NCBI GenBank assembly: GCA_027493775.1
Contig: JAOSKE010000003.1
Location: 76,350-140,349, forward strand
Source of the DNA: Kiritimatiellia bacterium
GTDB lineage: Bacteria; Verrucomicrobiota; Kiritimatiellia; CAIVKH01
DNA length: 64,000 nt
Direction of reading: 5' to 3'
Shown: one piece after another, positions 1 to 9,985 of the stretch
How the letters are laid out: every line of letters starts with the position of its first letter
Numbering within the stretch: the first letter of the stretch is position 1
Notes under the pieces: generated by a model
Database searches by the model: none
Seen by the model: the letters and a program-made list of their open reading frames with translations, nothing else
Told to the model about the DNA's origin: nothing
Program-made: the position numbers and the translations under genes

Positions 1-990
1 ATAGTCAGCGACTTCTTTGTCCGCAATCAACACACCCGCGTCATACTCGGGTAACGCATACGCCTCCACAAACCGCGCGCGACGCGCGGCGGGAAGTTCG
101 GGCAATTCCGAACGCCACTGCGCAACATCTCTCTCCATCAGTAAAACGGGCGGAATATCCGGCTCGGGGAAGTAGCGATAATCGTGCGCGTCTTCCTTGC
201 CGCGCATGGATTCCGTCCGCCCCGCCGCATCATCCCATCGGCGCGTCTCCTGAACAATTGTGCCGCCGCGTTCAATCTCGCGTATCTGACGCGGAATCTC
301 GTGCTGCAATGCGCGGAAGACACCCCGGAAGGTGTTCATATTTTTGATCTCAATCTTTGTGCCGAGCTGCGTCGCCCCGATCTGCCGCACACTACAGTTA
401 ATATCACAGCGGATATTGCCCTGCTCCAGATTGCAGTCGCTGATCGCGCCATACTGCAACACCTGCTTGAGCGCTTGAAGAAATGCCAGCGTCTCCTCCG
501 GCGTGTGCAAATCCGGCTCCGTGACGATCTCCATCAAGGGCGTGCCGGCGCGGTTGAAGTCCACGCCGCTGTTCGTGTCGAAATGCGTGTTCTTCGCCAC
601 ATCTTCTTCCAGATGAATGCGCGTGATTCCGATCCGCCGAGACTCCCCGCTCACAACAATATCCAAATGACCGCCGAGACACAGCGGCTCGTCGTACTGC
701 GAAATTTGATAGTTCTTCGAGGTGTCAGGATAAAAATAATTCTTCCGGTCGAACTTGCTGTAGAGCTTGATTTCCGAGTCAATCAGCATTCCCGCCATCG
801 CGGTCAGCCGGACAGCCGCGGCATTTGCCACCGGCAGCGCCCCGGGATAGCCGAGGCAAACCGGGCAGATGTGCGTGTTCGGCTCGGCCCCGAATTTATT
901 CGGGCAGCCGCAAAACATCTTCGAGCGCGTGCGCAACTGCACGTGCACCTCAAGTCCGATATCCGCCTGCCACGCCATCGTCTGTTTCAT
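1..990 (-). CDS. gatB: Asp-tRNA(Asn)/Glu-tRNA(Gln) amidotransferase subunit B, N-terminal ~330 aa (gene runs off the window start)
   Basis: Minus-strand translation from the ATG at 990-988 reads [50 protein letters not shown]..., the canonical GatB N-terminus. This ATG overlaps the gatA stop (ATGA). It is absent from the ORF track only because there is no stop codon inside the window. Confidence 0.85.
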   Translation of the reverse strand, partial: MKQTMAWQADIGLEVHVQLRTRSKMFCGCPNKFGAEPNTHICPVCLGYPGALPVANAAAVRLTAMAGMLIDSEIKLYSKFDRKNYFYPDTSKNYQISQYDEPLCLGGHLDIVVSGESRRIGITRIHLEEDVAKNTHFDTNSGVDFNRAGTPLMEIVTEPDLHTPEETLAFLQALKQVLQYGAISDCNLEQGNIRCDINCSVRQIGATQLGTKIEIKNMNTFRGVFRALQHEIPRQIREIERGGTIVQETRRWDDAAGRTESMRGKEDAHDYRYFPEPDIPPVLLMERDVAQWRSELPELPAARRARFVEAYALPEYDAGVLIADKEVADY

Positions 991-2381
991 CCTTGAGCCG
1001 CCAGATTTGGGCGGCGCTTGTGCCATTCTGTGGACTGTTCATACGCGTGCGCGACGCGCAAAATTGTTTCCTCGCCCAACGCGGGCCCGATCACCTGCAA
1101 TCCAATGGGAAGCCCGAGGCTCGAAAAACCGCACGGCAGCGAAATAGCGGTGATGCCCGCAAGGTTCACGGTCGCGGTGAATATATCGCTCAAATACATT
1201 TTCAGCGGATCGTCCAAATGTTCGCCAAAACGAAACGCTGTCGTCGGCGAGGTCGGTGTCAGCAATGCGTCGCACTTGGTGAACGCTTCGTCAAAGCCGT
1301 TCCGAATCCAACGGCGCACTTTTTGCGCGCGCAAGTAATAGGCGTCGTAGTATCCGCTACTCAAAACAAATGCGCCCAGAATGAGCCGTCGCTTAACCTC
1401 GGGGCCGAAGCCCTGCGAACGCGATTTTTCATACAGATCAATCACGTCATCCGAGGAGGTGCGCAACCCGTAGCGAATGCCGTCAAAACGGGCCAGATTC
1501 GCCGATGCCTCGGCCGTGGCGACCACATAGTAGGTTGCGATCGCGTACTCCGTCTGCGGCAGACTGACCGGCACAATTTCCGCGCCCAGTGCGCGGCACT
1601 GTTCCACCGCCGCACGGATCGTGTTTTCCACCTCCGAGTCCATTCCTTTAATGAAGTATTCGTCAGGAAGACCCAATTTGAGACCACGCAGATCGCGCCC
1701 CAACGCGGACAGATAATCCGGCGGCGGCGTTGCAATAGTGGTCGAGTCGTGGGGATCAGCGCCGGCTAACACATTCAAAAACAACGCCGCATCGCGTGTG
1801 TCTTTTGTAATCGGTCCAATCTGATCGAGCGACGAGGCATATCCCACCGCTCCATAGCGCGACACCCGGCCATACGTCGGCTTGAATCCGACGCATCCGC
1901 AATGCGAAGCGGGTTGGCGAATGGATCCCCCGGTATCGCTACCCAGCGAGGCGTATGCGAGATCGCCCGCGACTGCGGCGGCGCTCCCGCCGCTCGACCC
2001 GCCGGGGACGCATCCGGTATTCCATGGATTTCGGGTCCGTTGAAACGCGGAGTTCTCCGTGCTGGACCCCATCGCAAATTCGTCCATATTGAGGCGGCCA
2101 ACGATAATGGCGCCTGCGGCGCGAAGGCGCGCCACCACGGTTGCGTCGAAAGGAGAACGGTAGCCCTCAAGCATCCGCGACGCGCAGGTGCAGGGCTGTC
2201 CCTGCACATTCAACAAATCCTTTACGCCAACCGGCACGCCGAGTAGCGGGAGCGATTCGCCGTGCGCACGGCGGGCATCCGCCTCGTGCGCCTGCCGCAG
2301 CGCGTCTTCGCGGTCTATTGAGAGATACGCGCCGATCATGCCGTCGTGCCGGTCAATCCGCTGAAGCAGCGCATTCAGCAA
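987..2381 (-). CDS. gatA: Glu-tRNA(Gln) amidotransferase subunit A (amidase family)
   Basis: 464-aa ORF with the amidase signature [12 protein letters not shown]...[12 protein letters not shown]. It lies between gatC and gatB. Confidence 0.9.
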   Translation of the reverse strand: MLNALLQRIDRHDGMIGAYLSIDREDALRQAHEADARRAHGESLPLLGVPVGVKDLLNVQGQPCTCASRMLEGYRSPFDATVVARLRAAGAIIVGRLNMDEFAMGSSTENSAFQRTRNPWNTGCVPGGSSGGSAAAVAGDLAYASLGSDTGGSIRQPASHCGCVGFKPTYGRVSRYGAVGYASSLDQIGPITKDTRDAALFLNVLAGADPHDSTTIATPPPDYLSALGRDLRGLKLGLPDEYFIKGMDSEVENTIRAAVEQCRALGAEIVPVSLPQTEYAIATYYVVATAEASANLARFDGIRYGLRTSSDDVIDLYEKSRSQGFGPEVKRRLILGAFVLSSGYYDAYYLRAQKVRRWIRNGFDEAFTKCDALLTPTSPTTAFRFGEHLDDPLKMYLSDIFTATVNLAGITAISLPCGFSSLGLPIGLQVIGPALGEETILRVAHAYEQSTEWHKRRPNLAAQG

Positions 2382-2462
2382 ATCAACGGACGAAGTTTCG
2401 CCCGCGCGAATTTTTTTCCGCCGCTTCGGTGGCTGTCAGTTCTGTCAGGGTGGCCATGGGGG

Positions 2463-2765
2463 TTATTCAAGAATACGGGGAACCAGAAACTGGCCCGCGC
2501 GATGTTCCGGCGCGTTTGCCATCGCGGCTTCATTACTCACGCCGGGAGCAACTTCATCCTCGCGCAACACGTTCTTCAAGTCCACGCTCCAAACCATCGG
2601 GTCCAGTCCGGCGACATCCACCCGTTTCAGCTCGTCCACATAGGCGAGCACTTTTTCCAACTGTTCCTGAAGCGCCGCGCCCTCTTCTTCCGAAATGTGA
2701 ATTCTCACAAGCTTCGCATAATGCGCGACATCAAGCGCGCCGCTGTTTTTTGGCGCTCCGCTCAT
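2463..2765 (-). CDS. gatC: Asp/Glu-tRNA amidotransferase subunit C
   Basis: 100-aa ORF of GatC size, with GatC-like sequence (…LVRIHISEEE...DVAGLDPM…), located upstream of gatA. Confidence 0.8.
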   Translation of the reverse strand: MSGAPKNSGALDVAHYAKLVRIHISEEEGAALQEQLEKVLAYVDELKRVDVAGLDPMVWSVDLKNVLREDEVAPGVSNEAAMANAPEHRAGQFLVPRILE

Positions 2766-4357
2766 GACGCCCCGAGGTTAATTGTGAAGTAGCGCTCTGC
2801 GTTGATTTCGTCCGCAATCTTCTGCAACACATCCTCCGGCACCTGCTGGTTGATCTGCATAATGGCGATGGATTCCTCACTCTTCGAGTCGTGCGGGTTG
2901 CGTACGTCGTCAATGTTCACCCCCGCCTCCGCCAGCATCGCGCCGATTCGGCCAAGGATGCCGGGACGATCTTTGTACGTGAACACAGCGGTATGCCCGC
3001 ACGGCACAAAGTAGAGATTGTGGAAATCGTCAATACGCGAAATCATTGTCGTCTTCTCGGTCACGGTGCCGCGAATGCTGACTTTGCGCATCCCCTTCCC
3101 TGTTTCGCCGAAGAAGTCGAGAGTGATGGAATTCTTGAAACCCTTCCGCTCGTCGGTCACGCGATCTTTGTAATTCACGCCCATGCCATCGAGGTATTTG
3201 ATCGCCGCGCCATAATTCAGGGACCGGTCAAAATCCTTGTTCAGCGCCGCGACAATGGGAACCAGCAGCCACTGGGCATAGGGTTTCAACGTCCCGTAGA
3301 AACTCGTCTCGATCAGCTTGAGGTTCGCGCCTTTTCCAAGGAAACGGCGGCACAGTCTCGCAAGCATAAAGGCCAGTTCCGGATACGCGCGATCCAATCC
3401 GACGGGAATGTCGCGATTCACGATGCGCGTGGAAATACCCTTCTCATCCAGCTCGATCAGCTCCTCCGCCGCGAGCCGGGCCGCGTTCGTATTGGCCTCT
3501 CTAGTGCTGGCGCCCAGGTGCGGCAGCATAATGTCGGCGATGTCCGCAACGGATTTCGGGCCTTCGGCGTCCTTGGCGTACACATCATTAAGGAAACAAA
3601 TGCCGCGTTCAGCCTTGGCCTTCCGCACATCGTCTTCATTCACCACGCCCGCGCGGGCGCAGTTGATGAGCGTCGCGCCCTTCTTCATCAGATTCAACAA
3701 GGATGCATTGACCATGCCACGTGTCTCGTTGGTTTCCGGAATGTGCAGGGTCACGTAATCCGCCGTTTCAAAAATCTGGGGCAGTTCAAGCAGCGCAACA
3801 TCCAGTTGCTCGGCGCGATCTTTGGAAATGACGGGATCGTAGCCGACCAATTTGCACTCGAACCCTTCGAGGCGCTTGGCGAGTAGTTGCCCGATCGCCC
3901 CCAACCCGATGATGCCAACCGTCTTGCCGGTCAGCTCGCGGCCCATGAAATTCTTTTTTTCCCATTTCCCGGATCGCGCGGAAGCGTCCGCGCCGATCAG
4001 GTGGCGCGCATTGGCGAGAATCAACGCAATGACCTGCTCCGCCACAGCGTTCGCGTTCGCGCCAGGGGTGTTCATCACATCAATTTCCTTCTTCCGCGCA
4101 TAGCGCGTGTCAATGGTGTCATAGCCCGATCCCGCGCGGACAATCACGCGGAGCGATGGCAGGGCGTCAATCAGTTCCTTCGTCACTTTCTCGCTGCGCA
4201 CAATGAGCGCGTGTGTATCGGGATGCTCTTTCGCCAGCGCCAACAAGTCGGACGTTTCCTGCTGAATGACCGTATAGCGGCCGGTTGCGGAAAGCAGGTC
4301 TTTCGCAATCGAATCGAGTTTCGTGGGAATTAATACTTTCTTTGTGTTGTTTTTCAT
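2762..4357 (-). CDS. serA: D-3-phosphoglycerate dehydrogenase, long form with C-terminal ACT domain
   Basis: 531-aa ORF with the 2-hydroxyacid dehydrogenase NAD motif GIIGLGAIGQ and an ACT-like C-terminus. Its stop overlaps the gatC start by 4 nt. Confidence 0.85.
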   Translation of the reverse strand: MKNNTKKVLIPTKLDSIAKDLLSATGRYTVIQQETSDLLALAKEHPDTHALIVRSEKVTKELIDALPSLRVIVRAGSGYDTIDTRYARKKEIDVMNTPGANANAVAEQVIALILANARHLIGADASARSGKWEKKNFMGRELTGKTVGIIGLGAIGQLLAKRLEGFECKLVGYDPVISKDRAEQLDVALLELPQIFETADYVTLHIPETNETRGMVNASLLNLMKKGATLINCARAGVVNEDDVRKAKAERGICFLNDVYAKDAEGPKSVADIADIMLPHLGASTREANTNAARLAAEELIELDEKGISTRIVNRDIPVGLDRAYPELAFMLARLCRRFLGKGANLKLIETSFYGTLKPYAQWLLVPIVAALNKDFDRSLNYGAAIKYLDGMGVNYKDRVTDERKGFKNSITLDFFGETGKGMRKVSIRGTVTEKTTMISRIDDFHNLYFVPCGHTAVFTYKDRPGILGRIGAMLAEAGVNIDDVRNPHDSKSEESIAIMQINQQVPEDVLQKIADEINAERYFTINLGAS

Positions 4358-4439
4358 AGCTCACCGGAAAGGCGCGACGGTAACGCCCCTCTCCCGTTGA
4401 ATCAAGTCCCTGCGCAGGAAAAACGTGAAAGGGTTCGAA

Positions 4440-5507
4440 TCACCGTCCTAGACGCCGCACTAGGACAAGCGCCATCCGCCGCAGCGCACCAATGAAAACA
4501 ATCATCCACGCCAGCAGTGCAACATAAAAAAATGCCATCGCGATGCGCGAAAGCAGGGTAATTCCAAACACCGAGCGCAGTGCATGGGTACAAGCCGCAT
4601 ACATTCCGAGAGGAAAGACGACGCTCCAGTAGAGTGGGTCATACGAAAGCGGGTATCGCCGCCAGAGGTGCCGCCAAACCCCGAGAATAAGTAGTAGCGG
4701 CAACCACCACGTCCCCGCAGCCCAGTAGAAGAGCGTGATTCCTTTAAGGAAAGGGAGCAGAGATTGAAATAAATCGGAATTCGGTGCGCTGACAATCAGG
4801 GCCGCACCCACCAGTGTGGCAATGGCCATCGCCCCCATATTGATCCAGTACGGAGGGAGAAGGTTTTCAGGTGTGAGCCGCAGGAAGGTGTAGCGATAGA
4901 AAATCAGCGCGATGATCCAAATATAGAGCATCCCACCCCACAGCCACAGCGCAAGGGCAAAAAAATTCAACGGCCACTCAGCAAAGCGTGACGCGAGATG
5001 GAGGCTCAGCAGCGCAACGGACTGCGTCGCAACAACTGCAAGCAACCATGCTCCGCCGATGCCACCCTCCAGTGCAGGTTTCGTACGTTTCAACGAGAGC
5101 CCGGCGAAGATAACATAGGTAAAGAAGATCCACGAAAACAGCCCTACCCACCAAAGCACCATCGCGATTCGCTCGTTGTCGGAGAAAATAATGAACTGCG
5201 CACCGAGGATGCACGTCGCGGCGACAAATGTGAAATAACCAAATGACGCAAGGTGATCGAACAAATCTGCGACTGCGCGGCGCCAATAACGAATAACGCG
5301 CCATGCATAAAGGACACATAGCAGCACATACGCCGCAATGTTTAACTGGAATAGAGCCGACGCAATTCTGACAAATCCCAGCGCGTGAGCTGCCGTGGAA
5401 ACAATCCCCGTCGCCATCACCAGTGCGAAGTTGGCAGGTGAGAGATCTTTTAATGAATAGGTGCAGCACGAAACATTGGATTGATGAGGCTGATTCACGA
5501 TATGCAA
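4440..5507 (-). CDS. TehA/Mae1-type (TDT family) anion/dicarboxylate transporter-like membrane protein
   Basis: 355-aa polytopic membrane protein of about 10 TM helices. The family-level similarity is based on my recollection of TehA/SLAC1-like sequences. Confidence 0.45.
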   Translation of the reverse strand: MHIVNQPHQSNVSCCTYSLKDLSPANFALVMATGIVSTAAHALGFVRIASALFQLNIAAYVLLCVLYAWRVIRYWRRAVADLFDHLASFGYFTFVAATCILGAQFIIFSDNERIAMVLWWVGLFSWIFFTYVIFAGLSLKRTKPALEGGIGGAWLLAVVATQSVALLSLHLASRFAEWPLNFFALALWLWGGMLYIWIIALIFYRYTFLRLTPENLLPPYWINMGAMAIATLVGAALIVSAPNSDLFQSLLPFLKGITLFYWAAGTWWLPLLLILGVWRHLWRRYPLSYDPLYWSVVFPLGMYAACTHALRSVFGITLLSRIAMAFFYVALLAWMIVFIGALRRMALVLVRRLGR

Positions 5508-5684
5508 CGGGGCTGACCGTCAGGCGTGGCGATGCTGTCCCGACGTTTCATTACGCCCTCATCATAAGCAAGGATAGCGCTAGCGCAAGAATCGACATTG
5601 CAAACCATGCGGCGAAACCGCCTGTGACGGGTTTATCGGCAAACCGCTTGACCCGCCCCACGGCTCTACCTACTGTTCCTCTCC

Positions 5685-6665
5685 ATGCCGCGCATCCTTG
5701 TTTTCTGCTCTCTGCTCGCCCTCGCGTTCAGTACGCCGTCTGCCGTATGGGCAAAATCCGCGCCCTACGAAATGACGGCAAAAAAACATTCATGGTTCAG
5801 CTTCAACCGCCCGGCGAAGAAAAACCCGATGGATCAACTCGCGCTGGCCCGGCGATTGCAGGCGGATGGCCAACTGAAAAAAGCGGGCAAAGCGTATCGT
5901 GCGCTGACAACCACCTGGCCCGGCAGCCCGGAAGCGACGCTGGCCCAATGGGGACTTGCACAAACCCTCGATGCGCGCGGAAAACTTGAAGACGCTTTCA
6001 ACGAATATAACACCCTCGCCACAAAATACACCGGAAACTACCCTTACGACTCCATCGTTCAGCGCCAATTCGAAATTGCAAACGCCACGATGGACAAACG
6101 GAAGGGCGCCCTCCTGATCTTCGGGGGATTCAAAGCACCTGAGCGCGCAATTCCTCTCTTCGAGAAAGTCATACAAAACGCCCCGCGCGCCCCGTTTGCC
6201 GCCGAATCGCAATATCTCATCGGCCACGCCTACGAACTGAGCGAACAACTCGAACTGGCCGTCGTCGCGTATATGAACGCTCAAAACCGCTACCCCGGCA
6301 CGGAATGGTCCGAAAAAGCCGCGTTCGGGCGCGCGCGCTGCCTGATCCGCCTGTCCGAAGAAAGCCCGAACGACGAAGAGGCGCTCGATCAAGCATGGGC
6401 TGCTATTATTGTATATCTGAACGCCTATCCGAACTCAGAAGAAAACAACCTCGCCCAAGCCTATCGGGATTCATTATTGCGCCGCCGCGCAAAAGCATCC
6501 TATGACAAGGCGCTGTTTTACGATAAGGTTGCAAAACGGCCGTTGGCAGCGGTTAAATCATACGAAAATTTTGTGCGGCAGTACCCGAACTCCGAGTGGT
6601 CGGCGCTGGCGCGCGCGCGGATAAAAGAACTGACGCCCTTGGTGGAGAAGCTGAATGAAAATTAA
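5685..6665 (+). CDS. BamD/YfiO-like TPR outer-membrane assembly factor, exported
   Basis: 326-aa ORF with an N-terminal signal peptide (MPRILVFCSLLALAFSTPSAVWA) and TPR-like repeats throughout. It is translationally coupled to the lipoprotein gene immediately downstream. Confidence 0.5.
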   Translation: MPRILVFCSLLALAFSTPSAVWAKSAPYEMTAKKHSWFSFNRPAKKNPMDQLALARRLQADGQLKKAGKAYRALTTTWPGSPEATLAQWGLAQTLDARGKLEDAFNEYNTLATKYTGNYPYDSIVQRQFEIANATMDKRKGALLIFGGFKAPERAIPLFEKVIQNAPRAPFAAESQYLIGHAYELSEQLELAVVAYMNAQNRYPGTEWSEKAAFGRARCLIRLSEESPNDEEALDQAWAAIIVYLNAYPNSEENNLAQAYRDSLLRRRAKASYDKALFYDKVAKRPLAAVKSYENFVRQYPNSEWSALARARIKELTPLVEKLNEN

Positions 6666-7167
6666 AATTCTGAGCCTGTTTGCCCTAGTTGGTCTCCTGC
6701 TCGCCTCAACCGGATGCGCCGGATACCGCCTCGGCTCCATGCTCCCGGACGATATCAAGACCGTGTACATCCCTTCGTTCATCAACGAAACGTCGGAGCC
6801 GCTAATTGAAATAGAGTGTCAGCGCGGCCTCGTGGAAGCCCTTCAGCGCGACGGTTCGCTCAAAATTGCCAGCGAGGAAAATGCCGACGCCATCGCGCGC
6901 GTGGTCCTCCGCAGCTACACACTCGAACCGACCGTGTACGACACCACCCGCCGCTCGGATGTGCAACAGTACCGCATTCGAATCACCGCACGCCTTCTTA
7001 TGACGCGCCGCGCGGACGACTCCGTGATTGTCGAGCGCCCCTCAGTACAGGGCGAAGGTGTGTTTATCGTCTCCGGCGACCTGTCTTCCTCGAAGCGGCT
7101 CGGCCTCCCGGTTGCGGCGACGGACCTCGGGAACAAACTCGTTCAACAGATGGTCGAAGCCTGGTAA
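6655..7167 (+). CDS. LptE-like LPS-assembly lipoprotein
   Basis: 170-aa ORF with a lipoprotein signal and lipobox (LLASTGC). Its size and the GYRLGS...IKTVYIP pattern resemble LptE/RlpB. It overlaps the BamD-like stop by 11 nt. Confidence 0.45.
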   Translation: MKIKILSLFALVGLLLASTGCAGYRLGSMLPDDIKTVYIPSFINETSEPLIEIECQRGLVEALQRDGSLKIASEENADAIARVVLRSYTLEPTVYDTTRRSDVQQYRIRITARLLMTRRADDSVIVERPSVQGEGVFIVSGDLSSSKRLGLPVAATDLGNKLVQQMVEAW

Positions 7168-7317
7168 CGCCGCGCGCCGCGCTTTGTTTTTCCAAACCAT
7201 CGGAACGTGACCACATGCGTTGAGCGCAATGTGCGCCAGTCGTATTCAATTCGCCGACACCCCAGCGGATGGCCGTTCAATGCCCGGCTTCGGAAAAAAT
7301 AATCCGGATTAAGCAAA

Positions 7318-7343
7318 GCGAGCGGCCCAAGTGGGCCGCTCAC
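7318..7343. terminator. Stem-loop between the converging LptE-like gene and rpsT, candidate bidirectional terminator
   Basis: Perfect inverted repeat GAGCGGCCC-aagt-GGGCCGCTC. Only a weak U-tract follows on either strand. Confidence 0.35.
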
Positions 7344-7364
7344 TTAAATGAACTTCGGTTGAAA

Positions 7365-7634
7365 TCAGGCTGCCTTCAGCGCACGCAGATGATCAGCCGC
7401 CCGGCCTTTGCGACGGGTCGCCTGATTCTTTTTAATCACGCCCTGCTTCACGGCCTTGTCCAGCGCCGAGCAAAAACGGCTGTACAACTCCGCCGCCTTG
7501 ACGGAGTCTTTCCCGGCCAACGCGGTCTTAAACTGGGTCTGAACCGTTTTGATGAACGAGCGACTGGATTTATTGCGAAGACGATCCTCTTCACTCTGCC
7601 GATGCCGTTTCAAAGCTTGTTTCGTATGCGCCAT
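7365..7634 (-). CDS. rpsT: 30S ribosomal protein S20
   Basis: The sequence MAHTKQALKRHRQSEEDRLRNKS... is a typical S20. I moved the start to the internal Met at 7634; the 13-aa N-terminal extension in the ORF track is unlikely. Confidence 0.85.
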   Translation of the reverse strand: MAHTKQALKRHRQSEEDRLRNKSSRSFIKTVQTQFKTALAGKDSVKAAELYSRFCSALDKAVKQGVIKKNQATRRKGRAADHLRALKAA

Positions 7635-7727
7635 TATCGAATTCTCCTCGAAAGGGTGTGCCCTGTGCACCCCCGCCGTGGTTTATTTCCCACGTCAAAA
7701 AGTTGTGACATACTATCGGCCAGGCCC

Positions 7728-9227
7728 ATGAAGTCAACCGACAATTCAATGGTTTTTAGAAAAGCCCGTCAAACCTATCTCGCCCATTTGCGGGCGAAGG
7801 GCGTCGGGCCGGACTTCAGCCAGCGCGCGATTCAAACCCTTGCCCAACCCGGCAGGGCGCTGAAAAGCGCAAAAAAACAATGCGTCCTGCAGGGAGCGGG
7901 AGAAGATGCACACCTCCTCTTCAAGTTCTACGTCGACAGCGGACTCTGCGCCCGATTCCGCTGCAGCCGCGCGCGACGCGCCTTCGCCGCAGCGAAAACA
8001 ATGTGTGACCTCGGCCTTCCTATGCCGGAGCCGCTCGGTTACGTCGAACACCCCTCCGCCTTCGCTCCCTTCACCTCCTGTCTTATTATGCAGTTTCTTC
8101 CCGACGCAGTAACCGTCCGCCAGTGGGTGAAACAAAATCACCGCTCGCTGAAAAAAAACGATTGGGACAATTTGCGCGCCCACATCCGCGAACTCTGGCT
8201 CGACCTCGGACGACACGGCATCTATCACGACGACACGAAGACGTTGAATATCCTGCTCCAGCCGACGGTCAATAAAGAAACGCGGCTCTACTGGATAGAC
8301 CCCGAAAGCGTTCATCCCGGCAAATATCCCACGAAACGTCAAATCCTCCGCAACCTTGTTCAGTTAAATGGCTCCGTGCGAACATGGGTTCCCGAAGAGG
8401 AACGTCTGCTCTTTTTGCGCGAGGTGGCGGAAGTTCACCCGTGGCTCAACGCCCCGTCTGTAGAACAAAAAATCCGGCGCTGGACCCGCGAGCGACTTCT
8501 CAATGAAATAGCAACACGATGCGGCCCCCTGAAATTTCTAACCGGCCTTTTGCTGCTTCCCCTCGTCTGGATCGTCGTTGTCGCCACCACACGACTCCTC
8601 ACCTCGCTCAGGCCAGCAGAGTTAGGCGGCAGCCTTGAACTCACATGCTGGCTCGCTGGCGGATTCTTCTTCTGGCTGCTTTTATTTTTCACCATGCCCC
8701 GCCCCATGCGCACCTACGTCCTCGGCCACGAATTGACCCACGCCTTCTGGGCGCTGCTCATGGGTGCGCGTGTTTCGCGCCTCCGCGTCAGTGCGCGCGG
8801 CGGCAGTGTCACCGTTTCAAAATCAAACTGGATCATCACCCTCGCGCCCTATTTTTTCCCGTTCTATACCATGCTCGTTTTGTTTCTGGTCTTCGTCCTC
8901 GGCATTTTTATTGACCTCCACCCCTATCAGCCGCTCACCCTCGCCCTCATCGGTCTGACCTATGCCTTCCACATCACATTCACCCTCTCCATCCTTGCGA
9001 TTCGCCAACCGGACATTCAGGAACACGGAAGGCTCTTCTCCTACACCACGATCATTCTACTGAACATTTTGGGTCTCGGCTGCTGGGTCGTCGCCGTCGC
9101 AAGGCCCGCGCTTCAGGATTACGCGCAATTGCTGACCAACGAATCTCAACACACGTGGTTGTGGATGGTGGCGGTATATCAGAGTGCGAAACCCAAACTT
9201 CTTATGTTATTTCAACGCGAAATCTGA
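7728..9227 (+). CDS. Fusion protein: N-terminal lipopolysaccharide-kinase (Kdo/WaaP/InaA)-like domain plus C-terminal polytopic membrane domain with an HExxH motif (putative zinc metallopeptidase-like)
   Basis: The N-terminal half has a kinase catalytic-loop-like YHDDTKTLNILL (compare HRDLKPENIL) and a WIDPE element. The C-terminal half has 5-6 TM helices containing YVLGHELTHAFWALLMG. The start was reassigned to the ATG at 7728 because the ORF-track start at 7269 runs antisense through rpsT. Confidence 0.5.
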   Translation: MKSTDNSMVFRKARQTYLAHLRAKGVGPDFSQRAIQTLAQPGRALKSAKKQCVLQGAGEDAHLLFKFYVDSGLCARFRCSRARRAFAAAKTMCDLGLPMPEPLGYVEHPSAFAPFTSCLIMQFLPDAVTVRQWVKQNHRSLKKNDWDNLRAHIRELWLDLGRHGIYHDDTKTLNILLQPTVNKETRLYWIDPESVHPGKYPTKRQILRNLVQLNGSVRTWVPEEERLLFLREVAEVHPWLNAPSVEQKIRRWTRERLLNEIATRCGPLKFLTGLLLLPLVWIVVVATTRLLTSLRPAELGGSLELTCWLAGGFFFWLLLFFTMPRPMRTYVLGHELTHAFWALLMGARVSRLRVSARGGSVTVSKSNWIITLAPYFFPFYTMLVLFLVFVLGIFIDLHPYQPLTLALIGLTYAFHITFTLSILAIRQPDIQEHGRLFSYTTIILLNILGLGCWVVAVARPALQDYAQLLTNESQHTWLWMVAVYQSAKPKLLMLFQREI

Positions 9228-9239
9228 GACGCTTTTTCC

Positions 9240-9977
9240 GTGCCCATGGACGACGAACCCCACTTTCCAGAGACTGCGGATATTGAAACATCCTCCGCCG
9301 GTTACGCCGCGCGCTTCGCCGGGCCGATTGGAAAATGGATGCTCGTGCGCCAAGAAAACATTGCGCTGGAGTTCCTGCGCAACGCAAATGTGAAGAGCGT
9401 CCTCGATGTCGGTGGCGGCCACGGACAACTTGCGAAGCCCATGGCAGATGCGGGAATGGATGTCACCGTCCTCGGCAGCGCACCGGTCTGCGCGGAACGG
9501 CTGTCCGATGTTTTGACAACAGGCCGTTGCAACTTTGTCGTCGGCAACGTCATTGCCCTCCCGTTCCCCGATAAATCCTTCGATGCAGTGGTGAGCGTCC
9601 GGCTCCTCCCTCACTGCGAACGATGGCAGGAGCTCATTCAAGAACTCGCGCGCGTCGCAAAAAACATCGTCGTCGTGGACTACCCCCTCGCCTCCGGTCT
9701 AAACAAACTCGCGCCGTGGCTTTTTGAAGCAAAGAAGAAGATGGAAAAAAACACCCGCACGTGGCGCAACTTCACCCACGCCGAGGTCAGTGATGCGTTC
9801 ACCCTGCACGGCTTCTCGCGGAGTGGCCGACAAGGTCAATTCCTCTGGCCAATGGTGATTCACCGCAAGCTCGGTTCACCGGCAATTTCCTCCGCGCTGG
9901 AGGCAATCCCCGGTGCGCTCGGTCTAACCCGCCGCCTCGGCACTCCCGTATTGGCAGCGTTCCATCGGCCCGGTTAG
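9240..9977 (+). CDS. Class I SAM-dependent methyltransferase
   Basis: Motif I VLDVGGGHGQLA is present. It starts 13 nt after the stop of the kinase/HExxH fusion gene. Confidence 0.7.
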   Translation: MPMDDEPHFPETADIETSSAGYAARFAGPIGKWMLVRQENIALEFLRNANVKSVLDVGGGHGQLAKPMADAGMDVTVLGSAPVCAERLSDVLTTGRCNFVVGNVIALPFPDKSFDAVVSVRLLPHCERWQELIQELARVAKNIVVVDYPLASGLNKLAPWLFEAKKKMEKNTRTWRNFTHAEVSDAFTLHGFSRSGRQGQFLWPMVIHRKLGSPAISSALEAIPGALGLTRRLGTPVLAAFHRPG

Positions 9978-9985
9978 GCTGCGGG

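Noticed and set aside
184-996. 270-aa plus-strand ORF
   Set aside because: It lies antisense to the clearly conserved gatB coding sequence and has Arg-rich, low-complexity composition typical of antisense translation of high-GC genes.
5577-5586. GCGCTAGCGC palindrome in the TehA-like/BamD-like divergent region
   Set aside because: Only 10 bp in a high-GC background; likely chance.
5790-6392. 200-aa minus-strand ORF
   Set aside because: Antisense to the BamD-like gene.
7269-7727. N-terminal 153 codons of the 652-aa ORF-track ORF
   Set aside because: They run antisense through rpsT and its promoter. The kinase-like domain begins at the Met at 7728, which is used as the start.
7746-8342. 198-aa minus-strand ORF
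   Set aside because: Antisense to the kinase-like domain; no recognisable features.
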